Below, piece after piece: positions 22,788 through 31,856 of a stretch of 64,000 nt of DNA. A model generated the notes under the pieces. It did no database searches, was not told the origin of the DNA, and was given only the letters and a program-made list of their open reading frames with translations. A program made the position numbers and the translations under genes. Source of the DNA: Candidatus Peregrinibacteria bacterium (GTDB lineage: Bacteria; Patescibacteriota; Gracilibacteria; UBA1369). Every line of letters begins with the position of its first letter. Position 1 is the first letter of the stretch. The stretch covers positions 1,344,001-1,408,000 of the forward strand of contig OY970195.1 in assembly GCA_963708185.1 (NCBI GenBank). Direction: 5' to 3'.

Positions 22788-23672
22788 ATGGCAACCAATA
22801 TCCCTCAATCATTTCAAAAATTAAAGCAAAACCTTGAAATTACTGATTTGCAAGGTACGACAGTTTCAACACGACAACAAAATGTCCGTAAGGTAATGGA
22901 AGCGGGAATGCAAGTACTTGATTCATTCCTTACAGGTTCATACGCACGCAGTACGATGATTGCTCCTTTAAAAGAAGCAGATGTGGATATTTTTATAGTC
23001 TTGGACCCTAAATATTATTTTCACTACAACAATGGACAAAATGGGGGACAAGGCGGTTTGCTCGATTTAGTAAAAGGTACTTTGCGGAAAACGTATACCA
23101 ATACACCTGATATAAGCAGAAACGGACAAGCTGTAACAATTAGATTTGAAGATTTTGTAGTTGATGTTGTGCCAAGTTTTCATAGGCAAGGTGGTGGTTT
23201 TTTAATACCAAATTCCATAAATCAAAGCTGGATTGAGACAGATCCTAAAAAACATGTTGATATTATGGTTGCCGCAAACCAAACACACAATGGCGACCTT
23301 GTCCCTTTAGTCAAAATGATCAAATGCTGGAACAGAAATAACGGGAAATATTTTAGCTCATTTCATTTGGAAGTATTGGCTCTCCAAATTTTACAAGGCG
23401 TCACTATTTCAAACTTTTGGACTGGAATGCGCTATTATTTTGATAAAGGACGGACAATGATTGCCCAAAGAACACCTGATCCTGCAGGTTACAGCGGTAA
23501 TATTGGAGGCTATATCAATACACAAGAAAAACTACAAGAATCCATTGCGAAATTTCAACTCGCATACAGTAGAGCAATTAAAGCCGAAGAGTTTGGCCTT
23601 CGTGGAAACACAAGAGATAATATTGAAATGTGGATTAAAATATTTGGTAATTACTTCCCTTCCTATGGATAA
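22788..23672 (+). CDS. cGAS/DncV-like nucleotidyltransferase (SMODS/CD-NTase)
   Basis: GSYARST...DVD, DVVP, WIETDP..H, LVKMIKCWN, SFHLE, DPAG. Confidence 0.88.
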   Translation: MATNIPQSFQKLKQNLEITDLQGTTVSTRQQNVRKVMEAGMQVLDSFLTGSYARSTMIAPLKEADVDIFIVLDPKYYFHYNNGQNGGQGGLLDLVKGTLRKTYTNTPDISRNGQAVTIRFEDFVVDVVPSFHRQGGGFLIPNSINQSWIETDPKKHVDIMVAANQTHNGDLVPLVKMIKCWNRNNGKYFSSFHLEVLALQILQGVTISNFWTGMRYYFDKGRTMIAQRTPDPAGYSGNIGGYINTQEKLQESIAKFQLAYSRAIKAEEFGLRGNTRDNIEMWIKIFGNYFPSYG

Positions 23673-24207
23673 TCAAACCCGCACAACTGCCGAGAGGGCT
23701 GTTTCAAAAACCAAAAAAGAAATCATTAAAGAAGCAAAGCGTATTGAAGAAAGCCTGCTACATTCATCTAAGGGACATTTTGCTGCAGCTCATACTTGGA
23801 GCCATTTTCATCTAATTATTGGAATACCAATGGTTTTACTTTCTGGCATTGCGGGGGCATCAGCTCTTGTACAATTTGATCCCTCCCATGTATACGCTGG
23901 TAGCATTTCAATATTAGTTGCAGCATTATCGGGGGTAATGACATTCTTAAATCCAAATGAAAAGACGAGTATTCATCTGGAAGCGGGCAATGATTACGAT
24001 TCATTGATGAACAAAGTTAGAATATTTTCGTCTATTGATTGTTGGCGTGATGAATCTGAACAAGTCTTAACAGAAAAATTGAAATACTTTTCAGAACAAA
24101 AGGACAATTTGAATAAAAAACATCCTCAAATACCTTTTTGGGCTTATTTTAGAGCTAAAAGGGGCATTAAAAATGGAGAAGGGGATTACATGGTGGATAA
24201 AAAATGA
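23665..24207 (+). CDS. SLATT-domain 2-TM effector
   Basis: SSKGHF.AA..W, two TM helices, FLNP...H..AG..Y..L, AKRGI; 8-nt overlap with the CD-NTase. Confidence 0.82.
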   Translation: MDNQTRTTAERAVSKTKKEIIKEAKRIEESLLHSSKGHFAAAHTWSHFHLIIGIPMVLLSGIAGASALVQFDPSHVYAGSISILVAALSGVMTFLNPNEKTSIHLEAGNDYDSLMNKVRIFSSIDCWRDESEQVLTEKLKYFSEQKDNLNKKHPQIPFWAYFRAKRGIKNGEGDYMVDKK

Positions 24208-24276
24208 TCTCCAAATTTCTTTCTAATAAGCCCATTTTACGTGTGATTTTATAAAATTATTATCTAAATTATTTCA

Positions 24277-25056
24277 ATGACCAATGGCGAACTTTCTAAT
24301 CTGATACCCGAATTTCTTTATGATAAACGAGCCTATTCCAGCCAATTTTTTAATAGTACGGGGATTCCTGAAGAATTTCGTCAGTTTGTTAATAAAAAGG
24401 GACTAACTATTGATGACTCAGACTCATCTAGATTTCGTGAAGCATTTTGGCGGCTAGTCTCACGCGATTTAGTGGCTCCTGGTAATGAAAAAGGTGGCGT
24501 GGCTCGACTCCCCTTCGTATCAATTACGGAATATGGCATAAAATGTTTTGAAGAAGGGAAAATTTTACCCTATGATCCTGATCATTTCATAAATTCACTC
24601 GTTGCTGCCATCCCAGGCATAGATGACATAATAATGCTGTATTTTGAGGAATCCGTTAATTGTTTTACAAATATGAGTTATCTAGCAAGCGCTGTCTTAA
24701 CAGGATGCTCCATTGAGAGAATGGTTATCTTTTTAACCGAGGAATTTTTTAAAAAAATTGATCCAAGTCTACAGACAAACTATCAAAAAAATGTATTACA
24801 TTACGAAAAAGTCGGCAAAAGAACAGAAAAGTTCATACACTTTATTGATACGAATCAACTTGATAATAGTTTTCCTATATCAGATCAAGAGAAATTAAGG
24901 GCTCTTCTCCCGTCTATTGTTAACCTCATTCGTATTACTCGTAATGAAGCAGGACATCCTACTGGTCGAGTTCTAGAACGAGATGAGGCGCAAGCCAACC
25001 TACTACTTGCAAAAGAAGGAATAAAATTTTCCTATCATTTTCTTTCAAAATTTTGA
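24277..25056 (+). CDS. Putative wHTH + HEPN-like protein
   Basis: EAFWRLVSRDLV..ITEYG wHTH-like N-terminus; EESVNCF...ASAVLTG and RNEAGH (RxxxxH). Confidence 0.6.
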   Translation: MTNGELSNLIPEFLYDKRAYSSQFFNSTGIPEEFRQFVNKKGLTIDDSDSSRFREAFWRLVSRDLVAPGNEKGGVARLPFVSITEYGIKCFEEGKILPYDPDHFINSLVAAIPGIDDIIMLYFEESVNCFTNMSYLASAVLTGCSIERMVIFLTEEFFKKIDPSLQTNYQKNVLHYEKVGKRTEKFIHFIDTNQLDNSFPISDQEKLRALLPSIVNLIRITRNEAGHPTGRVLERDEAQANLLLAKEGIKFSYHFLSKF

Positions 25057-25067
25057 AGGAAGTGCAA

Positions 25068-25217
25068 CTACAAGTCATTTGGCTTTTTGCTAATTAGGCT
25101 ATAAAAACTGAGAAGCTCTTGCCCCATTTCTTCTGCTTCTGCAAAGGTTAATTCTTTGCCAAACTCCTTTTTATAGATTTCTATGAATTCTTGAACAGAT
25201 TTAGGGTTTAGTTTCAT
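25068..25217 (-). CDS. 49-aa small protein (paralogue of 31704-31856)
   Basis: MKLNPKSVQEFIEIYKKEFGKELTFAEAEEMGQELLSFYSLISKKPNDL; ATGA overlap with the mrr stop; below the ORF-track cutoff. Confidence 0.7.
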   Translation of the reverse strand: MKLNPKSVQEFIEIYKKEFGKELTFAEAEEMGQELLSFYSLISKKPNDL

Positions 25218-26110
25218 TCCTCAGTAAAATAATCCGTATCAATATCTTTGATCTGGTAAGTTTTCTTGGTCGTAACACCCAAATCGTGGTCAATCATCAG
25301 GTCAACAAGCTTTTGCCCGTCAATGATGACAATATTTTTACGGGCAATTTTCAGGAGATTTTCGGCATCCCTGGGAAAACGTGAGGTCGTGATAAACACG
25401 CCTTTGCTGACGCCGTTTAGTTCCAACGTGCCGACAAAATCACGAACCATGGAAGCAGACACTGGATTGCCCTCCTTGAAGCGTTTTGCCTGAAATAAGA
25501 TCGTATCTAAGCCTAATTTGTCCTGAGTTATTAAACCGTCAACTCCGCCATCCCCTGATCTTCCAGTAACTCGTCCCTTCCCGTATCCCATGGCAGTCAG
25601 CAAATCCAAAACAACCTGCTCAAAAAATGCTGGCGAATTGGCTTTGAGTCTTTCAAGCAAGTTTGAGGCTAGGGCAGCCCTTAATCGCAGATAGCCCTCT
25701 TCCAGCAGTTCATCAGGTGTTTCGGTTTCATTGATAGTTTTTGGTTCTTCTTTTTCATCTTGTTTTGATACATTTCTAACTTCCAGAAAATCAGGAAATT
25801 GTTCCAAATATTTAGCGTTGATAGCTTTAATTCCTGTTTTCAAAACACGCATGCCATCATCCGTTATTTGTACCATCCCTCTGTTTGGAGAAATTATTAG
25901 CCCAGCTTGTTTCAGATAAGTCCTAGCCCAAGACACTCTATCTTTCGCAATTAAACCATTACCACTTGGGTACATTGCTGTCTTTTCCGCTTCGGATAGC
26001 TTCAAATCGCTTAACAGCTCCTCGGAGATCTCCTTCATGCTTTTTTGCTTTCCATCCTCCAGTTTTTTGAGCAGAGGAAACATAAATTCATGGTATTTCG
26101 GAATTGGCAT
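25214..26110 (-). CDS. mrr: Mrr-family type IV restriction endonuclease
   Basis: Mrr_N (RVSWARTYLKQAG) plus catalytic DGGVDG...QAKR...GVFITTS. Confidence 0.92.
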   Translation of the reverse strand: MPIPKYHEFMFPLLKKLEDGKQKSMKEISEELLSDLKLSEAEKTAMYPSGNGLIAKDRVSWARTYLKQAGLIISPNRGMVQITDDGMRVLKTGIKAINAKYLEQFPDFLEVRNVSKQDEKEEPKTINETETPDELLEEGYLRLRAALASNLLERLKANSPAFFEQVVLDLLTAMGYGKGRVTGRSGDGGVDGLITQDKLGLDTILFQAKRFKEGNPVSASMVRDFVGTLELNGVSKGVFITTSRFPRDAENLLKIARKNIVIIDGQKLVDLMIDHDLGVTTKKTYQIKDIDTDYFTEE

Positions 26111-26119
26111 GGGGAGATT

Positions 26120-26329
26120 TTAAAAAATTAAATGATGAAATCGTGTCATTAAAAAGCCAAAAACTGGGACAATGACTAAAAGAAAAGTACAACCCATCAT
26201 GCGGCCGAATTTCCTTTGCCTGCCCTGCTTGGTGAGTGGAACACCAATAGCGCGTGATAGTTTGCCCTTTGCGGCTGAAATGCCGAGCGCACGTTTCCAA
26301 GAGAAAGAAAATCCAAACTTTCTGGCCAT
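26120..26329 (-). CDS. Small basic protein with C-terminal TM
   Basis: GFSFSWKRALGIS..K...GVPLTKQGRQRKFG; sits in line between the R-M gene and mrr. Confidence 0.7.
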   Translation of the reverse strand: MARKFGFSFSWKRALGISAAKGKLSRAIGVPLTKQGRQRKFGRMMGCTFLLVIVPVFGFLMTRFHHLIF

Positions 26330-26346
26330 ATAAATTTACAAAGAAA

Positions 26347-29300
26347 TTAAGACTTCAAAACGATCTCTCTCTCTTCGGGAGTGAGGTCATAGAGGTCAAA
26401 AACCATGTTGTCAATAGTCTGGTCTTCTTGTTCGATTTTAGTTTTGAGATTCAAAATTTCTTGTTTGTTTTTTTCAAAGAAATCAAGAAGCTCACCTTTC
26501 TTTTTAAGGTCCAATTTTTTGATACCGAGGGCCTTGATGAAGCTGTCAAAATCGAGTTCATAGAATTTTTCAAGCTTTGTGCTTACTTTTTGGAGCTGGA
26601 ATTCTTGTTGAAGGAGTTTGAGGGATTTTTGGAGTTTTTCATAAAAGTTTTCCGATAACGATAGCATGATGTTGGCCTTCTCTATAAATGGATTTTGAGA
26701 TCCACGTGGTATTATTTTTATAGAAAATTGATCTAAATGTTTTCGTTTTATATAAGGGAAAACTTCAGCATTGGTGATGAAAAATTTATTGTAAATATAT
26801 GTAAACAGACTGGAATTTAACAGTGACAATATGTAGTTTTCATCGTATTTCTCAGATTTTAAAACGATATTATAAAGCGACTGGATGGTAAAATATTGAT
26901 TAGTATCAAGTGTTGCTATCAATTTTCGCCCTGTTTTTCTTAAAAGAATTTTCTTTTTTGCTAAAAAAACTTCTTCATTGTCATTGCTGTGAATTTTTGA
27001 TTTATCGAAATTGATGTACATCCCAGCATCAAAATAATGCCATTTTTCAATATCTTTTCCACTTAATACCTTTTTACTATTTGAAAAAATTGGAGAAGTG
27101 GCAAGCATCGTATCTTGGTCACCGGTCATTATGCCGATGTAATTTAATGCTATTTCCCCTAATTGAATCGATCCAATCTTCATTTTTTGCAATATTTTGT
27201 CTTCGTTTTCCTCTGCTGGAAAATCAAAGATAAAATTTTCATTCGTATAATATTTACCTTGCTGCATCTTCTTGCCTTTTTCACTGTCACCTTCAAATGA
27301 AATCAGTCCATTTTTGATTCCTGTTTCTTTCTTAAAAATGGAAATAACGCTATCTACAACAACATTTTCAAATACTTTTGAATGAGGCTTAAAGAAAAAT
27401 TCAATTTGGCAATTATCTAGAATAAATTTTCTGATTTTGAAAGAATAAAAATTTTTCATAAAATTCCATGGAGTAATGAGTCCAATTTTTCCTCCATTTT
27501 TTGTGAGCTTTATTGATTTCTCAATGAATAAAGTATAAAGGTCAATTTTGTCGTAAGCTGTTTCAAATTTAGAAAGAAAAGTTTCTTTAAGTTTTTTGTT
27601 TATCTTTTCGTACTTGCTTGTTACGTACGGCGGATTCCCAACAATCACATCAAATCCTCCATTTTTAATGATTTCCGAAAATTCTGATTCCCATTTAAAC
27701 TCACGCTTACCTGCAATAGTGGGGTCATCAATTAAACTATTCCCGCATTTAATATTGTTTTTGAGGCTAACAAGTTTTTCTCCTTTTCTGGCTGTTTTGA
27801 GCCACAATGAAAGCTTTGTGATTTCAACGCTTTCAGGATTCAAATCAACACCGTAAATATTGTTTTGGAGGAGTGACTTGATGTAACTTTCAACATTGAA
27901 TAAGTCACCCTTCCCCCCTGAAATGTCGGTTAAAATAGCCCCAATTCTTTTATTTTCAGCCAAAAAATAATCATAAACTTTAACAAGGAATGCGCCGCTT
28001 CCGCAAGCGGGGTCAAGAACCTTGATGTTTCTTAATTTTTCTCTGTATTCTTCGTAAGCCGTTCTCATGCGCTTATAGTAATTTTCATCTGTTAAATCGG
28101 TATTAACTCCGTGTTTGGTTAAAATGAACTGTTCCTGTTCTTCCAGATACCTCCCAAGTGAGTTTTTAACGATGTAATCGACGATATAATCGGGAGTATA
28201 GTAAATTCCATCCTTCTTACGTTTGGACGTTTTTAAATGGGCTTCAGGCTCTTCGGTTGTTTTTTCAGCAATACTTTTGAGTTCTTCAAGGTCGCTAATG
28301 GATTGTTCAAATATATGACCAAGGATGTTGACGCTCAGGTCTTCGCCAAAATCATACTTTCCAAGCTCAACAAATTTTTTGCAGATTTCATCATCAATTT
28401 TCAGGCCATTTAATGCTTCATCTTCTTTGAAAAGTTCGCCGTTGTAACCGTCGGGAATGCCAAGTTTTTCACTTCCGCGATCAATGGCCGTAAAAAAGCT
28501 TTTCATAATATCCCAAATTGGAATGGTCAAACCAAGCTTTTCCGTATGGAAAACAACCTCCTGCAATTTGTCGTCTGGCAAAAGGTCCAAGTCTTCACAA
28601 AAGCAAACAAAGACAAGGCGATCAATGATCTTTTGAGCTTTTTCAACAGCTAGAACATAGAAGCTTTCTCGGAGCCGCGCTTCCTGGTTGTTTTTCAGAA
28701 TGTTCTTGATGAGCTCTTGTCTTAAATCTCGATATTTTCGGTAAAATTCCTTGGTGATTTGTTCCTGCTCAATACGAATGTCGGAAAGAAGCTTGAGCGT
28801 GTTCGTTTCGCCACTTTTGGCAATGAAATTTTCAGCATTGAGGAGGTAGTAAAATTTGCGAAACTGGAAATAATTGTCTTTTGGGTCAACAAGGCTTTCA
28901 AGCGTGAAACTTTCAAAATCGAGCTGGTTATCTTTGAGGAGGCGGATTTCAAAAAAGTTTGTGGCAATCACAAAGTCACATTCCTTGTATTGTGGCTTAT
29001 ATTTAAAGGCCTGTTGAACTGGACTCAAACTTCCCTCGCGCTTTTGAGATTTGTCGAGAGAAGTGTTTACGTCCTTAATTTCTACAACGGCAATGACGCG
29101 CCGTTTTTCTTCGCTAAAATAGCCAAGAATAGCGTCAGGCTTTTGTCCGCCTGCCTCAACATTTCCTTTTGGGTCGATAGTATAGATTTCATTGGGAAAC
29201 CCCTTGTATCCAAGGATTTCAATGAAGAAACTTTGATTGAAGGCTTGTTCGCACTGGCTTTCAGATTTTTTATGAAGTGACTTGTTTTCATAGGCTTCAT

Positions 29301-29400
29301 GCCACGCTTTGACTTTGGCTAATTTTAAATCAAAATCGGGAATCTCATATCCTTCGAGTTTGGCTTTGATAGCCTTATTTTTAAAAAGTCCTGAAGTCAA
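26347..29400 (-). CDS. Type IIG restriction-modification enzyme (endonuclease + N6-MTase + TaqI-like TRD)
   Basis: PDAILG...VVEIK nuclease, GIYYTP, VLDPACGSGAF, GNPPY; probable TTG start at 29400 (ORF track 29439). Confidence 0.92.
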   Translation of the reverse strand: MTSGLFKNKAIKAKLEGYEIPDFDLKLAKVKAWHEAYENKSLHKKSESQCEQAFNQSFFIEILGYKGFPNEIYTIDPKGNVEAGGQKPDAILGYFSEEKRRVIAVVEIKDVNTSLDKSQKREGSLSPVQQAFKYKPQYKECDFVIATNFFEIRLLKDNQLDFESFTLESLVDPKDNYFQFRKFYYLLNAENFIAKSGETNTLKLLSDIRIEQEQITKEFYRKYRDLRQELIKNILKNNQEARLRESFYVLAVEKAQKIIDRLVFVCFCEDLDLLPDDKLQEVVFHTEKLGLTIPIWDIMKSFFTAIDRGSEKLGIPDGYNGELFKEDEALNGLKIDDEICKKFVELGKYDFGEDLSVNILGHIFEQSISDLEELKSIAEKTTEEPEAHLKTSKRKKDGIYYTPDYIVDYIVKNSLGRYLEEQEQFILTKHGVNTDLTDENYYKRMRTAYEEYREKLRNIKVLDPACGSGAFLVKVYDYFLAENKRIGAILTDISGGKGDLFNVESYIKSLLQNNIYGVDLNPESVEITKLSLWLKTARKGEKLVSLKNNIKCGNSLIDDPTIAGKREFKWESEFSEIIKNGGFDVIVGNPPYVTSKYEKINKKLKETFLSKFETAYDKIDLYTLFIEKSIKLTKNGGKIGLITPWNFMKNFYSFKIRKFILDNCQIEFFFKPHSKVFENVVVDSVISIFKKETGIKNGLISFEGDSEKGKKMQQGKYYTNENFIFDFPAEENEDKILQKMKIGSIQLGEIALNYIGIMTGDQDTMLATSPIFSNSKKVLSGKDIEKWHYFDAGMYINFDKSKIHSNDNEEVFLAKKKILLRKTGRKLIATLDTNQYFTIQSLYNIVLKSEKYDENYILSLLNSSLFTYIYNKFFITNAEVFPYIKRKHLDQFSIKIIPRGSQNPFIEKANIMLSLSENFYEKLQKSLKLLQQEFQLQKVSTKLEKFYELDFDSFIKALGIKKLDLKKKGELLDFFEKNKQEILNLKTKIEQEDQTIDNMVFDLYDLTPEEREIVLKS

Positions 29401-29408
29401 AATAATAC

Positions 29409-29548
29409 AAAAAGGGCCACCTAGACGTAGCACCAACAATTAGCAAGCCGTAAGGCTCTCCAAATGTTGTACGCTAGGTAACCCCAGCTTGTTCATTTGG
29501 AGAGCAAAAAAACGAGTTTTTGCCTTATAACTTACGAATTGTTGGTGC
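29409..29548 (-). ncRNA. Putative structured 5' leader RNA of the R-M operon
   Basis: Two perfect 12-bp inverted repeats plus a 15-bp loop-to-3'-flank pairing with G-U pairs on the minus strand. Confidence 0.55.
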
Positions 29549-29681
29549 GATTGAAATATACGTTAAACGAGAGTTCTATTCAAGAAACAATCCTGAGTAA
29601 TTTTCTTTCGGAAAAGTTGTTGCTATAAGCCTAAATAGGGCTAAAATTCGGGAGAAAAGGTTTAAAGTAAATTTAGATGTA

Positions 29682-31346
29682 ATGAAAGATGTAAACCCTA
29701 AACAATACAGAGTATCTGTTCGTCGAAAGCTCATTGATGCAGCAATTCAGAACAGAGAAAAACCCCACACCGTTACTACCTCCACGGGAGAAGAGGTGAT
29801 TTTGGGTTTAATTGGGGCTACATACGCAATTGATGGGGACTCTTTTTATGCAAATCCGCGATATGAAGATTTCTATTTTCGAGAAATACAAAATGACAAA
29901 ACCTTATGGAATTTTTATAATCGGTGGATTCTTTTAGGAATCAATCATGATTTTTCCGCAGAGGAAAAGCTAAAATTTGTACTTTATTGCAGCCAAAAAT
30001 TAAAAGAACACATTCCTCGCAAACAGCAAATGGTGATTTTATGGCTTTTCTTTGATGTTTTTCATGATCTTATTAGTGCTTTAATCCAGCGCGCTGATCT
30101 CTATTATGAAAAATATATTCCCGAATATCTCCAAAGAATAAACTGTATTTCTGCCGTTTTACGTAAAGTATTGGTTGCTTTTCCTGTTGAAGACTTCAAC
30201 AGTATTTTGCAGAAAATACAGACATTCGCTACCGATCTCAAAAAAAATCTTAAAGTCTTGGGTGAGTTGAAAGATGAATATGACTATAAAGTCGGATCAA
30301 TAGGGGTCATACTTCAAGAATCCTTTAAGCGATTTTATTTTGAAGAAATTTTTCAGAATAACATTTTTTCTATATCTCCAATTTTAGGTGAAAGGGATGA
30401 TTTTAAAATCGCGTTTGAAAAAAAATGGCAAGACCTAAAGCTATATCAAAATAGCAGCTATGGATTTTGGGTGGTCCCATTTATAAATCCAGCTGATTAT
30501 TTTCGATATTTAGAATTCACTTTGGTAGCTGTCGAAAACGTTGAAAAACAGGCTGTTGCTTATCAGGTTTTGGATTTTTTGACCTATGATGTTTTTTCTA
30601 AAAATCCTTATAACAAGCCATATTATGAATATATAATCAACCGACTGATAATTTTTATCGAAAAAAGGTACGTCAAACCGTTTCTTAAAAAAGTTGCAAA
30701 AAATTTAAAACCCCAAAGACAAGTTTCTGACCTTGAAAAAGATGAAGAATTTTTAAAGCCATTGGCGAAAATTGTTAATGATTACGATCCATTTTTTCTC
30801 TTATTTGAGGCAAAATCTTCAAAGCGCTTGAAAGGTTTTGATGATGGATTGTTTGCGCCTATAGGAAAAAACGGAAAGTTATTTTTACTCGGGAATTTGA
30901 GTGAGGGACGTGGTTTTGCTTTTATAGCTTATATTAAGGCAAAAATACGCACTTTGGTGAAAGAATTTATCGGTCTTAAAGAATGGAAAAATAAAAGAAA
31001 ATTGTCATTAGATCAAAGCATATCGAGTGACCAGGATGATCTAACATTAGAAGATATTTTGGCTTTTGAGAAAGATTTAGTTTCTGAAGATCAAGAAGAA
31101 GATTCAAATGACTATGCGTATCCACCTTGTGATACTCAAGATAATGAGTGGTATATTGATAAATTTGCAGAAATAATTGAAGTAGCCCCAAAAACTTTGA
31201 GACGGTGGGATAAAGAAGACTCATTCACTCCTCATAGGAGAACAAGAGGCAAGAAAGGCATTCGCTGCTATATTGAAAGTCAGATTCCTGAAGCTCGAAG
31301 AATCAAAGCTCTAAAAGAGCGAAGACAAAAACACCAAGTCATTTAA
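29682..31346 (+). CDS. Hypothetical protein with sigma70-like region 2/3 motifs and C-terminal MerR-type HTH
   Basis: FIAYIKAKIR, LSLDQSISSDQDDLTLEDIL, FAEIIEVAPKTLRRWD...IRCY. Confidence 0.55.
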   Translation: MKDVNPKQYRVSVRRKLIDAAIQNREKPHTVTTSTGEEVILGLIGATYAIDGDSFYANPRYEDFYFREIQNDKTLWNFYNRWILLGINHDFSAEEKLKFVLYCSQKLKEHIPRKQQMVILWLFFDVFHDLISALIQRADLYYEKYIPEYLQRINCISAVLRKVLVAFPVEDFNSILQKIQTFATDLKKNLKVLGELKDEYDYKVGSIGVILQESFKRFYFEEIFQNNIFSISPILGERDDFKIAFEKKWQDLKLYQNSSYGFWVVPFINPADYFRYLEFTLVAVENVEKQAVAYQVLDFLTYDVFSKNPYNKPYYEYIINRLIIFIEKRYVKPFLKKVAKNLKPQRQVSDLEKDEEFLKPLAKIVNDYDPFFLLFEAKSSKRLKGFDDGLFAPIGKNGKLFLLGNLSEGRGFAFIAYIKAKIRTLVKEFIGLKEWKNKRKLSLDQSISSDQDDLTLEDILAFEKDLVSEDQEEDSNDYAYPPCDTQDNEWYIDKFAEIIEVAPKTLRRWDKEDSFTPHRRTRGKKGIRCYIESQIPEARRIKALKERRQKHQVI

Positions 31347-31413
31347 ATGGCTTAAATCCATCATGGCTTTGTCCATATTTTCCAGATAGTGAACAACACT
31401 ATCTGTATTTTAA

Positions 31414-31707
31414 ATGAACGAAGTAACGACCACTCAAACTCAAGTCACTGAGGTCCAAATAATACCTGTGAAGCCCACTAATGGCCTCATAGCTTTTGCG
31501 AGCTGCGTTATTGATGGCAAGCTTCTTTTAAGTTCGATTGGTGTTTTTACGAAGTTGGATGGTTCTGGGTATCGTATTACGTTCCCGACAAAAAAGGTCG
31601 GGCGGGAAGGTTTTAACGTGAACGTTTTTAACCCTATCAACAAAGAGGCCTGTGAAGCCATCACGCGGGCGATTTTGGCGAAGGTCGGTAATCTATTTGA
31701 AATATGA
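31414..31707 (+). CDS. SpoVG-family nucleic-acid-binding protein
   Basis: VTEVQI...GLIAFASCVIDG...ITFPTKK...FNPINKE. Confidence 0.78.
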   Translation: MNEVTTTQTQVTEVQIIPVKPTNGLIAFASCVIDGKLLLSSIGVFTKLDGSGYRITFPTKKVGREGFNVNVFNPINKEACEAITRAILAKVGNLFEI

Positions 31708-31856
31708 AAATCCCCAAAGAAGCAGTTAGCCAGTTTCAAGAGCTTTACCGTGTGAAATACGGTAAGGAGCTGACTTTTGAGGAGGCTGAGATTGAGGCGC
31801 GCGAATTACTGAATTTATACGCATTGTCACAAAATAAAAACATTTTTTATGAATAG
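31704..31856 (+). CDS. 50-aa small protein (paralogue of 25068-25217)
   Basis: MKIPKEAVSQFQELYRVKYGKELTFEEAEIEARELLNLYALSQNKNIFYE; overlaps both neighbours. Confidence 0.7.
   Translation: MKIPKEAVSQFQELYRVKYGKELTFEEAEIEARELLNLYALSQNKNIFYE

Noticed and set aside
29401-29439. ORF-track N-terminus MLVLRLGGPFCII of the R-M gene
   Set aside because: It lies within the paired leader structure; TTG at 29400 is the more plausible start
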